Both the position numbers and the translations under genes were made by a program. From Alphaproteobacteria bacterium (GTDB taxonomy: Bacteria; Pseudomonadota; Alphaproteobacteria; Bin95), in NCBI GenBank assembly GCA_965205265.1, contig CBDBGH010000003.1, positions 3,968,001 to 4,032,000 on the forward strand: DNA of 64,000 nucleotides, written 5' to 3'. The notes beneath the pieces are model-generated. The model made no database searches and was not told the origin of the DNA. It saw only the letters and a list, made by a program, of their open reading frames with translations. Numbering within the stretch: the first letter of the stretch is position 1; every line of letters starts with the position of its first letter. This document shows, piece by piece, positions 1 to 11,014 of this stretch.

Positions 1-726
1 GAGGCGGCGCGGGAGAAGATCGAAGCGGAGAAGGCCGAACAGGTCGACCGCCTGGCGTATCTGAGGACGCAGGCCGAGAAGGCGGAGGCCGAATCGCGGC
101 TGGCGAAGGCCCAGGTCGCCCGGCTGGCCGCCAATATCCGGGCGCTCAAGGAGCAGGTGAAGCGGCTCAACGCGGCGCTGGAGGCTTCGGAGGCGAAGGC
201 GGAGGGAGCCGAGACGCTGGTTCTGGACGCGCGGCTCAACAGCGCGCTCGTGCGCAAGATCGACGAGATGCGCCGCTTCCGCTCGGAGTTCGTCGGCAAG
301 CTGCGCGAGGCACTGGCGGGCCAGCAATTGGTGCGGACCGAGGACGACCGCTTCTACCTGCCGGCCGAGGTGCTGTTCCTGAGCGGCTCCGCGGACCTCG
401 ACGGGCGCGGAAAGGAGCGCGTGCGCCGCATCGGCAAGGCCCTGACCGACGTCGCGGGCAGGATCCCCGAAGATCTCGACTGGGTGCTGCGCGTGGACGG
501 CCACACGGACCGGCAACGGCTTCGCGACAGGTCCCGCTACAAGACCAATTGGGAACTGTCGGTCGCGCGGGCGATTGCCGTGGTCAAGCTGCTGGTCGAG
601 GCCGACGTGCCCGCCGAGCGGCTGGCCGCCACCGGCTTCGGCGAATTCCATCCGCTCGATCCGGCCGATACCAGGGACGCCTACCGGCGCAACCGGCGCA
701 TCGAGTTTTCGCTCACCCGGAAGTGA
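1..726 (+). CDS. OmpA/MotB-family peptidoglycan-binding protein with coiled-coil N-terminus (5' partial)
   Basis: OmpA C-terminal motifs VLFLSGSA, RVDGHTD, NWELSVARA, GFGEFHP, NRRIEF; frame is open to the window start. Confidence 0.85.
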   Translation, partial: EAAREKIEAEKAEQVDRLAYLRTQAEKAEAESRLAKAQVARLAANIRALKEQVKRLNAALEASEAKAEGAETLVLDARLNSALVRKIDEMRRFRSEFVGKLREALAGQQLVRTEDDRFYLPAEVLFLSGSADLDGRGKERVRRIGKALTDVAGRIPEDLDWVLRVDGHTDRQRLRDRSRYKTNWELSVARAIAVVKLLVEADVPAERLAATGFGEFHPLDPADTRDAYRRNRRIEFSLTRK

Positions 727-790
727 CGCCGGCGGTCTGCGGACCGGAGCCGATGACGGGGCCGCACCCACCGTCGCCCCGGCCCCCATT

Positions 791-1305
791 CGTCGCCCCC
801 GCGAAGGCGGGAGCCCATCCCCGATTCCCGATGCCGCCGCAGCTGGTGGAGAGGAGGCCGGACCCTCTTCCCGTCATGCCCGGACTTGTTCCATTGCTGT
901 CCGGTTCAGCCATTGGGTGAGGCTGAACGGGGGTCCGCCGGGGGTTTCGGGGGCGCGCGGCGTCTGCGATCCGCCCCTTGCCCGTGAGGCTCGAACGCCC
1001 CCCTTCGGCAGGCTCAGGGCAGGCTCTTTCGTCATGCCCGGACTTGTTCCACGGCTGTCCGGTTTAGCCATCGGGGGGAGCCGAACGGGGTGTCGGGAGC
1101 GCACCGCGTCTGCGATCCGCCCCTTGCCCGTGAGGCCCCAACGCCCTCCTTCGACAAGCTCAGGACAGGCTTCTCCGTCATACCCGGACTTGTTCCGGGT
1201 ATCCACACGGCCGCCCGGCTGAGCCGCTTGAGAGAGATACCCGGAACAAGTCCGGGTATGACGATATGGGGCGGGTATGACGATGTGAGGGTCGGGCATG
1301 ACGAC
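791..1305. repeat. Mosaic of REP-like palindromic elements
   Basis: cgtcgcccccgcgaaggcgggagccca at 791; two tandem ~150-bp units (872-1029, 1030-1175), each starting cgtcatgcccggacttgttcc and containing ccttcg(a/g)ca(a/g)gctcagg; 28-bp perfect inverted-repeat pair 1176-1203/1236-1263. Confidence 0.85.
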
Positions 1306-1345
1306 TTGGGGACCGGGCTGCCGGTCCTCGACGCGGCCGCTGGCG

Positions 1346-2224
1346 TCAGGCCGCCGACCGGCGCAATTTCGTGCGCACGCCCAGCATATGGCAGACCGCC
1401 CGGGTGAGCTCCGGCCGGTTGAGGGTGTAGAAATGGAGGCTTTCCACGCCTTCGGCCTCCAGGCGCCGGCACTGCTCGACCGCGACCGTGGCCGCGACCA
1501 TGCGCCGGGTCTCCGGGTCGTCGTCGAGGCCCTCGAACTGGGCGCCGAGCCAGGCCGGCACCTGCGTTCCGCAAAGCGCGGCGAACCGTTTCGCCTGGGT
1601 GAAATTGCCGATCGGCAGGATGCCCGGAACGATTTCGCAATCGATCCCGGCCTTGCCGCACCTGTCCCGGAACCGGAGAAAACGGTCGGTCTCGAAGAAG
1701 AACTGCGTGATCGCGCGCGCCGCTCCGGCGTCCAGCTTGCGCTTCAGATAGTCGATTTCGAACGCCGGGCCCGGCGCATCGGGATGGCCCTCCGGATAGG
1801 CGGAGACGCTGATTTCGAAATCGTGCAGGCGGCGCAGGCCGGCGACGAGGTCCAGAGCATAGGCATAACCGCCGGGATGCGGCCTGTAGCGCTCGCCGAT
1901 GCCGGACGGCGGGTCGCCGCGCAGAGCCACGATATGGCGCAGGCCCGCCTGCCAGTAGGCGCGGGCCGCCTCGTCGATCTCTTCCCGCGATGCGCCGGCG
2001 CATGTCAGATGCACGGCCACGGCGAGCCCCGTTTCGCGGGCGATGCGGGCCGCGACGGCCGCCGTGCGCCCGCGCGCGCTTTCTCCCGCCCCGCCTCCGG
2101 CCCCGCAGGTGACCGACACGAAACGGGGCCCGAGCGGCGCCAGGCCATCCAGTGCGCGCCTGAGGCCGCCCTCCCCCGCCGCCGTCTTGGGCGGAAAGAA
2201 CTCGAAGGAAACGGCGAGCGTCAC
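1346..2224 (-). CDS. metF: 5,10-methylenetetrahydrofolate reductase
   Basis: VSFEFFPPK, FVSVTCGAGG, HLTC, ALRGD, AYPEGHP, AITQFFF, HFYTLN; GTG start at 2224 preceded by GGAGG. Confidence 0.95.
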   Translation of the reverse strand: MTLAVSFEFFPPKTAAGEGGLRRALDGLAPLGPRFVSVTCGAGGGAGESARGRTAAVAARIARETGLAVAVHLTCAGASREEIDEAARAYWQAGLRHIVALRGDPPSGIGERYRPHPGGYAYALDLVAGLRRLHDFEISVSAYPEGHPDAPGPAFEIDYLKRKLDAGAARAITQFFFETDRFLRFRDRCGKAGIDCEIVPGILPIGNFTQAKRFAALCGTQVPAWLGAQFEGLDDDPETRRMVAATVAVEQCRRLEAEGVESLHFYTLNRPELTRAVCHMLGVRTKLRRSAA

Positions 2225-2411
2225 AGGACGGCCTCCGGGCGGCGCCCGGCGGTCGGCGGAAGGGGAATGGCGGCGGGCTGCAGCATGATGCCGGCCACTT
2301 ATAGGGGCGCCCGCCCGCCCTGTCACCTTTGGCCGCATGCCGCGTGTTTTTGCGGTTCCGGAGTTGTATGCTACCCACTCGCGGGACACGCCCGGAGAGT
2401 GCGAAACGCAG

Positions 2412-3311
2412 ATGCGAGAAGGGTTCGAGAGCAGACCCCGCACATCCTGCCCTCCGGTCGCCAGCGGGCGCCCCGCTGCCGCGGGCCGGTTGCCGGGCGT
2501 TGCGGCGGCTTTTTTCCTGGTTTTTCTCCTCGCCGTCGCCGCGCCGCTGCCTTCGAGCGCCGGCGAGGAACCGGAGGATGTTTCCTACGGCGACCCGCTG
2601 GAGCCGCTGAACCGGATCGTCTTCGCCGTCAACGAGATGCTCGACACGATCGTCCTGCGCCCCGCCGCCTTCGTGTATGGCAAGGTCGCGCCCGCCCCGG
2701 TGAAGCGCGGCGTCCGCAATGTGATCCGCCACCTGTCGCTCCCGTTCACATTCGTCAACGACGTCGCCCAGGGCGAATGGGAGCGCTCCGGCGACACCGC
2801 CCAGCGCTTCGTCCTCAACACCATGATCGGCTTCGTCGGCCTCATCGATGTCGCCGAAGACCACGGCCTGCCCCACCGCAGCACCGACTTCGGAAGCACG
2901 CTGGCGTCATGGGGCGTCGGCGAAGGGCCGTATCTGGTGTTGCCGCTCGCGGGCCCCTCCAATCTCCGGGACGGCGCCGGCCTTGTCGTTCAGAGCGTTG
3001 CAGACCCGGTCGATATCGCGTTTCGCAAGGCCGACCTCGACCATATGCCGCTGGTGCGCGCGGGCGTGGCGACGATCGATTTCCGGCACCGCAACCTGGA
3101 TACGCTGGACGATTTCAAGGCGAACGCGCTCGACTACTACGCCTTCATCCGCACGCTTTACCGCCAGCGCCGGGCCTTCGAGACCGATGGCGGACAGGAG
3201 ATGTATCTCCGCGGCAAGCAGGACGGCGAGGACGAGGAATATGCCTATCCGCCGCCGCGGCCCGACTTCAGCCGCGGCGCGCCGCCCGTCGAGACCCGGC
3301 CGGCCCAGTGA
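2412..3311 (+). CDS. mlaA: MlaA/VacJ family lipid asymmetry protein
   Basis: DPLEPLNR, RFVLNTMIGFVGLIDVA, DFGSTLASWGVGEGPYLVLPLAGPSNLRD; start uncertain (2337 or 2412). Confidence 0.9.
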   Translation: MREGFESRPRTSCPPVASGRPAAAGRLPGVAAAFFLVFLLAVAAPLPSSAGEEPEDVSYGDPLEPLNRIVFAVNEMLDTIVLRPAAFVYGKVAPAPVKRGVRNVIRHLSLPFTFVNDVAQGEWERSGDTAQRFVLNTMIGFVGLIDVAEDHGLPHRSTDFGSTLASWGVGEGPYLVLPLAGPSNLRDGAGLVVQSVADPVDIAFRKADLDHMPLVRAGVATIDFRHRNLDTLDDFKANALDYYAFIRTLYRQRRAFETDGGQEMYLRGKQDGEDEEYAYPPPRPDFSRGAPPVETRPAQ

Positions 3312-3328
3312 AACCGGGAGCTTCCGTC

Positions 3329-3919
3329 ATGCGTCCGTCGCGCCTCGCCGTAATCCTGCCCTTCCTTCTGCTTGTCGTTGCCGGTCCGGCAAGGGCGGAT
3401 GAAGGCGCTGGCGGCTTTATCCGGGAGCTTGCAGCCAATGTGCTTCCGCAACTGACCGACCCTACGACGCCGGTTGACGAGCGCCGCGCCCGCTTCCGCG
3501 AGGTCCTGAGCCGGGATTTCGATCTGGACAAGATCGGCAAGCTGGTGCTGGGGCGGCATTGGCGCCGGGCCAAGCCCGCGCAACGGGCGGATTTCAGGGG
3601 GCTGCTGGAAAACTACCTGTCCGGCCTTTACACGAACCGCTTCGAGGACCTGGCGGGCTTGCAGATCAGGGTGGACGGGGTCCGCGACTTCGAGGGCTGG
3701 TCCATGGTCTATACGACGGCGACGCGCCCCGAGGGCAAGCCGCCCGTCCTGTTGGACTGGCGGGTGGACCTCAAAAACGGTGGCTATGCAATCACCGACC
3801 TGGTGATCGAAGGCGTGAGCATGGTCATCGCCCAGCGCGAGGAGTTCTCCGCAATCGTGCTCGAATCCGGCGGCCTCGACGGACTGCTGCTCAGGCTCCG
3901 CGCAAGAATCGCGGGCTAG
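3329..3919 (+). CDS. mlaC: MlaC/Ttg2D phospholipid-binding periplasmic protein
   Basis: Signal peptide, FDLDKIGKLVLGRHWR, ITDLVIEGVSMVIAQREEF; follows mlaA. Confidence 0.9.
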   Translation: MRPSRLAVILPFLLLVVAGPARADEGAGGFIRELAANVLPQLTDPTTPVDERRARFREVLSRDFDLDKIGKLVLGRHWRRAKPAQRADFRGLLENYLSGLYTNRFEDLAGLQIRVDGVRDFEGWSMVYTTATRPEGKPPVLLDWRVDLKNGGYAITDLVIEGVSMVIAQREEFSAIVLESGGLDGLLLRLRARIAG

Positions 3920-4094
3920 CCCGCATTTCTCACGAAGGTCGCGGCCTGCGCGGCGCTGTGGGTCGCGCCCAGGCGTCCGCCCGCGGCGTCGCGGGCCTCA
4001 ACCGTAGTCGCTGCTACGCTTTTCGGCCCACTCCTTGCGGAGCGGACGCCTGGACAGCGACGCAGGCCGCGACCTTCGTGAGAAATGCGGGCTA
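3917..4094. mobile_element. MITE-like non-autonomous element with perfect terminal inverted repeats and TA target duplication
   Basis: tagcccgcatttctcacgaaggtcgcggcctgcg (3917-3950) is the exact reverse complement of 4061-4094; inner IR ccaggcgtccgc 3969-3980/4042-4053; no credible coding capacity. Confidence 0.8.
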
Positions 4095-4943
4095 ACGCCT
4101 CAGGCGGTCCAGCAGGTCGTCGAGCTGCTCCAGATTGCGGTAGTGCAGGGTGAGGCTGCCGCCTTCGCCTCTTTGCGTCAGCGACACTCTGAGGCCGAGC
4201 GAGTCGGCGAGTTCGCCCTCCAGCGCCAGCGCGTCCTCATCCCTCGCCGCCGCCGGCCTGCCGCGCCCGCTCTGCCGTTCGCGGACGAGGCGCTCGACGC
4301 GGCGCACGCTCAGCCCGTCCGCGGCGATCCGGTGCGACAGGGCGACGGGGTCCGGGTCGGCGAGCAGGGCGCGGGCATGGCCGGCGGACAGCGAGCCGTC
4401 ATCGACAAGATTGCGCACAGGCTCCGGCAGCGAAAGCAGTCTGAGCGTGTTGGCGATATGCGGCCGGCTGCGGCCCACCACGGTCGAGAGCCGTTCCTGC
4501 GTGCAGCCGAATTCCTCCAGAAGCCGCCTGTAGCCCTCGGCTTCCTCGATGGGCGAGAGGGCGTTGCGCTGGATGTTCTCGGCGAGCGCCGCCTCCATCG
4601 CGGTCCGGTCGTCGAGCTCGCGGACCGAGACCGGCACCTCCGCGAGCCCGGCGCGGGTGGCAGCCAGCCAGCGCCGTTCGCCGGCGACGATCTCGTAATG
4701 GCCGGGCTTCTTCGCCTGCGGCCGCACCAGGATCGGCTGCAGGACGCCCTGTTCGCGGATCGACTGCGCAAGCGCATCCAGCGCCTCCTCGCCGAACTGC
4801 CGCCGGGGCTGGAAGCGGCCGGGCGCCAGCCGGTCGACCGGGACCGCGCGGGCGCCGGCCGGCGGATCCCGGTCCGGGACCGGGGTGTCCGGGATCAGCG
4901 TCGAAAGGCCGCCGCCGAGACGGGCCGGTCTGTCGCTGCTCAT
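4092..4943 (-). CDS. parB: Chromosome partitioning protein ParB
   Basis: FQPRRQF, GVLQPILVR, IVAGERRW, ENIQRNALSPIEEA, GRSRPHIANTLRLL; start overlaps parA stop. Confidence 0.95.
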   Translation of the reverse strand: MSSDRPARLGGGLSTLIPDTPVPDRDPPAGARAVPVDRLAPGRFQPRRQFGEEALDALAQSIREQGVLQPILVRPQAKKPGHYEIVAGERRWLAATRAGLAEVPVSVRELDDRTAMEAALAENIQRNALSPIEEAEGYRRLLEEFGCTQERLSTVVGRSRPHIANTLRLLSLPEPVRNLVDDGSLSAGHARALLADPDPVALSHRIAADGLSVRRVERLVRERQSGRGRPAAARDEDALALEGELADSLGLRVSLTQRGEGGSLTLHYRNLEQLDDLLDRLRR

Positions 4944-5731
4944 GGGGCGCCCTCCTCCCGGCGCAGGAACTCGCCCGCGAAGCGGATATAGGCCTGCGAG
5001 CCGCTGGCCCTCATATCGTAAACGATGACGGGCTTGCCGTGCGAGGGCGCTTCCGACACGCGCACATTGCGCGGGATGACGGTGTCGTAAACCAGGCGGC
5101 CGAACTCGGCGTGGCCGCGCACATCGGCCTCGACCTCGGCGGAGAGGCGGTTGCGGCGGTCGGACATGGTGAGCAGGATGCCCGCCCAGGTGAGGCTCGG
5201 ATTGAGCGCGGCGCGCACCGCCTCGACGGTCCGCCTGAGCAGGACGAGGCCCTCGAGCGCCAGGAACTCGGTCTGGAGCGGCACCAGCACGCGGCGGGCG
5301 GCGGTCAGCGCGTTGACGGTGAGCAGGCCGAGCGAGGGCGGGCAGTCGATCAACACATAGTCGTAGCGCCCGGCAGCGCCTCCAAGGGCGTCGCACAGCC
5401 TCGTCTCCCGCAGAGGCGTGTCCGCCAGCTCGATTTCCGCGCCGAACAACTGCGCCGTGGACGGCACGAGGTCGAAACCGGCGAGCCCCGTCGCCATGGC
5501 GGCATCGTCGAGGCGGGCGCCCGCCAGCATGAGATCCCACGCGCCGAGCCGCCGCCGGTCCGGGGCGATGCCGAGGCCCGTGCTGGCATTGCCCTGGGGG
5601 TCGAGGTCCACCACCAGCGCCCGGCGGCCGGTCGCCGCGAGCGCCGTGGCGAGATTGACGGCGGTGGTCGTCTTGGCGACGCCGCCCTTCTGGTTGACGA
5701 CGGCGTGGATGCGCGCGCCGTCAGGCGGCAT
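4940..5731 (-). CDS. parA: Chromosome partitioning ATPase ParA/Soj
   Basis: NQKGGVAKTTT deviant Walker A, DLDPQGNAS, IDCPPSLG, IPRNVRVSEAPSHG. Confidence 0.95.
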   Translation of the reverse strand: MPPDGARIHAVVNQKGGVAKTTTAVNLATALAATGRRALVVDLDPQGNASTGLGIAPDRRRLGAWDLMLAGARLDDAAMATGLAGFDLVPSTAQLFGAEIELADTPLRETRLCDALGGAAGRYDYVLIDCPPSLGLLTVNALTAARRVLVPLQTEFLALEGLVLLRRTVEAVRAALNPSLTWAGILLTMSDRRNRLSAEVEADVRGHAEFGRLVYDTVIPRNVRVSEAPSHGKPVIVYDMRASGSQAYIRFAGEFLRREEGAP

Positions 5732-6312
5732 GGGAGACGTCCCGGAGCTCGAGGACCACGCCCTCCGGCGCGCTCAGGCTCGCATGGCGGCGCACCCCGA
5801 TCCGCCAGCGGGCGCGGGCGGCCTCGATCTCTTCCTCGGCGCGCGCGCCCTTGAGGAAAAGGCAGACGCCGCCCGGGGCCAGAAGCGGCAGCGCCAGACC
5901 GAGCAGCCGGTCGAGCGGCGCGCAGGCCCGCGCAGCGACGACATCGGCCTCGAGCGCAAGGCTCTCGGCGCGGGCGTTATGCACCGCGGCCGGGGCCTCT
6001 GTCGCGCGCACCGCCTCGGCGAGGAAGGCCGCCTTGCGCGCATCGCTCTCGATGAGATCGACCGGCCCGCCGCGCATTATCGCAAGCACAAGGCCCGGAA
6101 AGCCCGCGCCCGAGCCGAGGTCCGCCAGCCGCGCGCCGGCGGGGACGAGGGGCGAAAGCTGGGCGCTGTCCAGAACATGCCGGCGCCAGGGGTCCGCGAG
6201 GGTGGCCGCGCCGACCAGATTGATGCGCTTCTGCCAGCGGGCCAGCAATGCCAGGTGCCGGGCGAGCCGGTCCGATGTTTCACGTGAAACACCGGTCATG
6301 CGCGCGAAGTCC

Positions 6313-6335
<23 letters not shown>
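5721..6335 (-). CDS. rsmG: 16S rRNA m7G527 methyltransferase
   Basis: [34 protein letters not shown]; located between mnmG and parA. Confidence 0.95.
6276..6291. other. parS centromere site inside rsmG
   Basis: Perfect 16-bp palindrome tgtttcacgtgaaaca, matching the canonical parS consensus. Confidence 0.9.
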
Positions 6336-8151
<1,816 letters not shown>

Positions 8152-8212
8152 GCCCCGGTCCAATAGGCCCAAGCGCGGCGCGGGGCAAGCCCGGCGCGCT
8201 TCTCCGGCACCG

Positions 8213-8228
8213 TGTTTCACGTGAAACG
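8213..8228. other. parS centromere site upstream of mnmG
   Basis: tgtttcacgtgaaacg, one mismatch to the canonical parS palindrome. Confidence 0.85.
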
Positions 8229-8247
8229 CTCGCGTTTCAGCCGGCCC

Positions 8248-8943
8248 TCAAGCTACCGCCAGCACCAGCAGGACCGCCAGTTCCGTCACCTGCTGGACAG
8301 CGCCGAGGGTGTCGCCGGTGTGGCCGCCGAAGCGCCGGGCCGTCCACCATGCGGCGGCGAAGGCTGCGAGCGCGGCCGCCGGGACCGCCGGCCAGCCGAG
8401 TGCGATGCCGATGCCGGCCGCCAGCAGGAGCGGGGCGAGGGCGGAGGTCGGGCCGGCTTCGGCTGCGAGGCCGTCGCTGCGGGCCGGCGGCGTCCAGGCC
8501 ATCGCGCCCGCCACAGCGCCGCGCGAGAGCGCATGCGCCGCCAGCGCCGCGACCGGCCCCGCCGCCGCCAGCGCCAGCGCCCGCATCGGCACCGTCAGCG
8601 CCAACGCCAGCGCGCCGAAGGCGCCGGCGCGGGAATCCCGCATGGCGTCCAGCGCGCGGCGCCGGCCGCGGACGCCGAGGCCGTCCGCCGTGTCGGCCAG
8701 GCCGTCCTCATGCAGCCCGCCCGTGACCGCGATGCCGGCGCCGACGGCGAGGAATCCCGCCAATTCGGCCGGCAGGCCGGCCTCCCGCGCCGCCAGGAAG
8801 ACAAGCGCCACGCAGCCGCCCACGGCCAGCCCCGCCAGCGGGAAGCACCAGGCCGCCTCGCCGAGCGGCCGCGGCTCCAGCCGGCCGGCGGGCAGCACAG
8901 TCAGGAACTGGAAGGCCAGCCGCATGTCGTCGAGGGCGCGCAT
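8248..8943 (-). CDS. cobS: Adenosylcobinamide-GDP ribazoletransferase (cobalamin synthase)
   Basis: FQFLTVLP, TGGLHEDGLADTADG, MRDSRAGAFG, FGGHTGDTLGA; hydrophobic. Confidence 0.92.
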   Translation of the reverse strand: MRALDDMRLAFQFLTVLPAGRLEPRPLGEAAWCFPLAGLAVGGCVALVFLAAREAGLPAELAGFLAVGAGIAVTGGLHEDGLADTADGLGVRGRRRALDAMRDSRAGAFGALALALTVPMRALALAAAGPVAALAAHALSRGAVAGAMAWTPPARSDGLAAEAGPTSALAPLLLAAGIGIALGWPAVPAAALAAFAAAWWTARRFGGHTGDTLGAVQQVTELAVLLVLAVA

Positions 8944-8979
8944 GGACTTCCCCGGGCGAATCCGCGATAGACCGCCAGC

Positions 8980-10071
8980 ATGTCCGAAACCGATCCTGCT
9001 GTCTCGCACGACGAGACCAACGCGGCTGCCTCGCCCAACGAGACTGCACCTGTCGTCTCGCTGGCCGAGATCGCCGAAACGCTCGCGCACCTGCCCGGCC
9101 CCGACGAGGCGGCGCGGGAGGCGGCGCGCGCGCGGGACGCGCTGTTGACCAAACCGCCGGGGGCGCTCGGGCGGCTGGAGGAACTGGCCGAGTGGCTCGC
9201 CGCATGGCAGGGCCGCCATCCGCCGCGCCTGGAGCGCGCGCGCGTCGCGGTCTTCGCCGGCAATCACGGCGTCGCCCGGCGCGGCGTCTCGGCCTGGCCG
9301 GCTTCGGTGACGGCGGAAATGGTGCAGAACTTCATCGCCGGCGGCGCGGCGGTGAACGCCATTTGCGGCGCGCTGGATGCCGAACTCCGGGTCTATGAGC
9401 TCTCGCTGGAGACGCCGACGGCGGATTTCACAGAAGCACCCGCCATGACGGACGAGGAATGCGCGCGCGCCATCGCCTACGGCATGATGGCCGTCGAGCC
9501 CGGCCTCGATGCGCTCGCGATCGGCGAGATGGGCATCGCCAACACCGCCTCGGCCGCCGCCATCGCGCATGCGCTGCACGGGGGCCGGGCGGAGGACTGG
9601 ACCGGGCCCGGCACCGGCGTTTCCGGCGCGCGCCTCGAAGCGAAGATCGAAACCGTGCGCCTGGGCGCGGCCCGGCATGGCGGCCGGCCGCCGCTGGAGG
9701 TGCTGCGCCGGCTCGGCGGCTTCGAGACCGCCGCCATGTTCGGCGCGCTGGCGGCGGCGCGCATGGGGCGCGTGCCGGTGCTGCTGGACGGCTACGGCGC
9801 CGCGGCCGCGGCGGCCGTGCTGCATGCGCTCGACCCGACCGGCCTCGACCATTGCCAGGCCGGCCATCTCTCCGCCGAGCCCGCCCATGCGCGGCTGCTG
9901 GCGCTCTGGGGCAAGGCGCCGCTGCTGGACCTCGGCATGCGCCTCGGGGAAGGCTCCGGCGCGGCCCTCGCGCTCGCGCTGCTCAGGGCCGCCGCCCGCT
10001 GCCATGCGGAAATGGCCACCTTCGAGGGCGCCGGCGTCTCCGGCCCGGAAACCCGCCCGGCGGGCCGGTAG
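8980..10071 (+). CDS. cobT: Nicotinate-nucleotide--dimethylbenzimidazole phosphoribosyltransferase
   Basis: LTKPPGALGRLE, VFAGNHGV, GEMGIANT, GPGTG, MRLGEGSGA; divergent from cobS. Confidence 0.93.
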   Translation: MSETDPAVSHDETNAAASPNETAPVVSLAEIAETLAHLPGPDEAAREAARARDALLTKPPGALGRLEELAEWLAAWQGRHPPRLERARVAVFAGNHGVARRGVSAWPASVTAEMVQNFIAGGAAVNAICGALDAELRVYELSLETPTADFTEAPAMTDEECARAIAYGMMAVEPGLDALAIGEMGIANTASAAAIAHALHGGRAEDWTGPGTGVSGARLEAKIETVRLGAARHGGRPPLEVLRRLGGFETAAMFGALAAARMGRVPVLLDGYGAAAAAAVLHALDPTGLDHCQAGHLSAEPAHARLLALWGKAPLLDLGMRLGEGSGAALALALLRAAARCHAEMATFEGAGVSGPETRPAGR

Positions 10072-10083
10072 CCGGGCAGGGCC

Positions 10084-10641
10084 CTACAGCACCGGCGCGC
10101 CGAACAAGGCGGCGTGGAAATATGCCAGGAGGCCGGCGGCGACGAGCCCCGCGGCCAGGGCCGCCGCATCCATCGCGAGGCGCGGCGGCTTGTCGGCGGG
10201 GGGCCGCTTGCCGCGCGCCACCGCGCTTGCCGCCGCCACAAGGGAGAATCCTGAAAGGCCCCCGAAGAGCAGGAGCGAGCGCAGGTCTCCGTTCGCCGCC
10301 AGATGGGCGAGCGCCCAGAGAAGGAGCCCGAGAAGCATGGGGTGCCGGACGACGGATCGGATGTGCGTCGGCATATTGGCCGCGGCGAACAGCACGAGCG
10401 CCGCCGGCACAACCAGCATCGCCGCATGCCGCCCCCAGTCCGGAGGCGAATAGACCGGCTCGAACGGCGCCGCCGCATAGCCCCAGACGATCATCGCCAG
10501 GCCTGCGAAGGCGAGGGCCGAGAACACCCCGCGATACGGCTTTTCGCCCATGCCGGCGACAAGGCCGGCGCGAAGGGGAGCAACGCTCGGAATCATGTGC
10601 AGGGCGATGAAGAGCGCGAGGCCAGCAATGAGAAGGGTCAT
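10084..10641 (-). CDS. nnrU: NnrU family membrane protein
   Basis: GLALFIALH, YRGVFS, RHPML, WALAHLAANGD. Confidence 0.8.
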   Translation of the reverse strand: MTLLIAGLALFIALHMIPSVAPLRAGLVAGMGEKPYRGVFSALAFAGLAMIVWGYAAAPFEPVYSPPDWGRHAAMLVVPAALVLFAAANMPTHIRSVVRHPMLLGLLLWALAHLAANGDLRSLLLFGGLSGFSLVAAASAVARGKRPPADKPPRLAMDAAALAAGLVAAGLLAYFHAALFGAPVL

Positions 10642-10687
10642 GGCGGGTCCTTTCCGGTTTCGACGTCGGGGAAATCCGCCCGGCGCG

Positions 10688-11014
10688 TCAGGTAACGATG
10701 CCGAGGAACAGCGCGAGCGCACGGTTCACGGCGCGCATGGCGTCCTCCTCCAGACGGCCGAACGGTTGGCCCAGTTTACCGGTCCGTACCGTTGTGGCCT
10801 TGTCGGCCATAATGAAGTACCGTGTTCGCAGACCGTTGGCGGGAGACGGTTCGACCGCAACCCGGAACAACGGCATCTCCGCCTCGGTCGATGTCACCAG
10901 CAGAACCGTTACGGTGGCCGTTTCCCGGAACCGGTCCGACTGCACCACGAGAGCGGGGCGCGGCTTACCGAATTCTCCCGGCGCGACAACGGTTACAAGG
11001 TCGCCGCGCGTCAC
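10688..11014 (-). CDS. MazF/PemK-family endoribonuclease toxin
   Basis: RGDLVTV..PGEFGKPRPALVVQSD, PSPANGL, MADK; GTG start overlaps antitoxin stop (GTGA). Confidence 0.9.
   Translation of the reverse strand: MTRGDLVTVVAPGEFGKPRPALVVQSDRFRETATVTVLLVTSTEAEMPLFRVAVEPSPANGLRTRYFIMADKATTVRTGKLGQPFGRLEEDAMRAVNRALALFLGIVT

Noticed and set aside
549-1407. Overlapping ORFs in the motB-metF gap (VMPGLVP, PFDKLR, PAKAG peptides)
   Set aside because: These are translations of REP-like palindromes, not protein-like genes
2225-2411. Possible SAM/SAH/cobalamin riboswitch upstream of metF
   Set aside because: No recognisable SAM-II, SAM-SAH, SAH or B12-box core by eye; an Infernal search would be needed to exclude it fully
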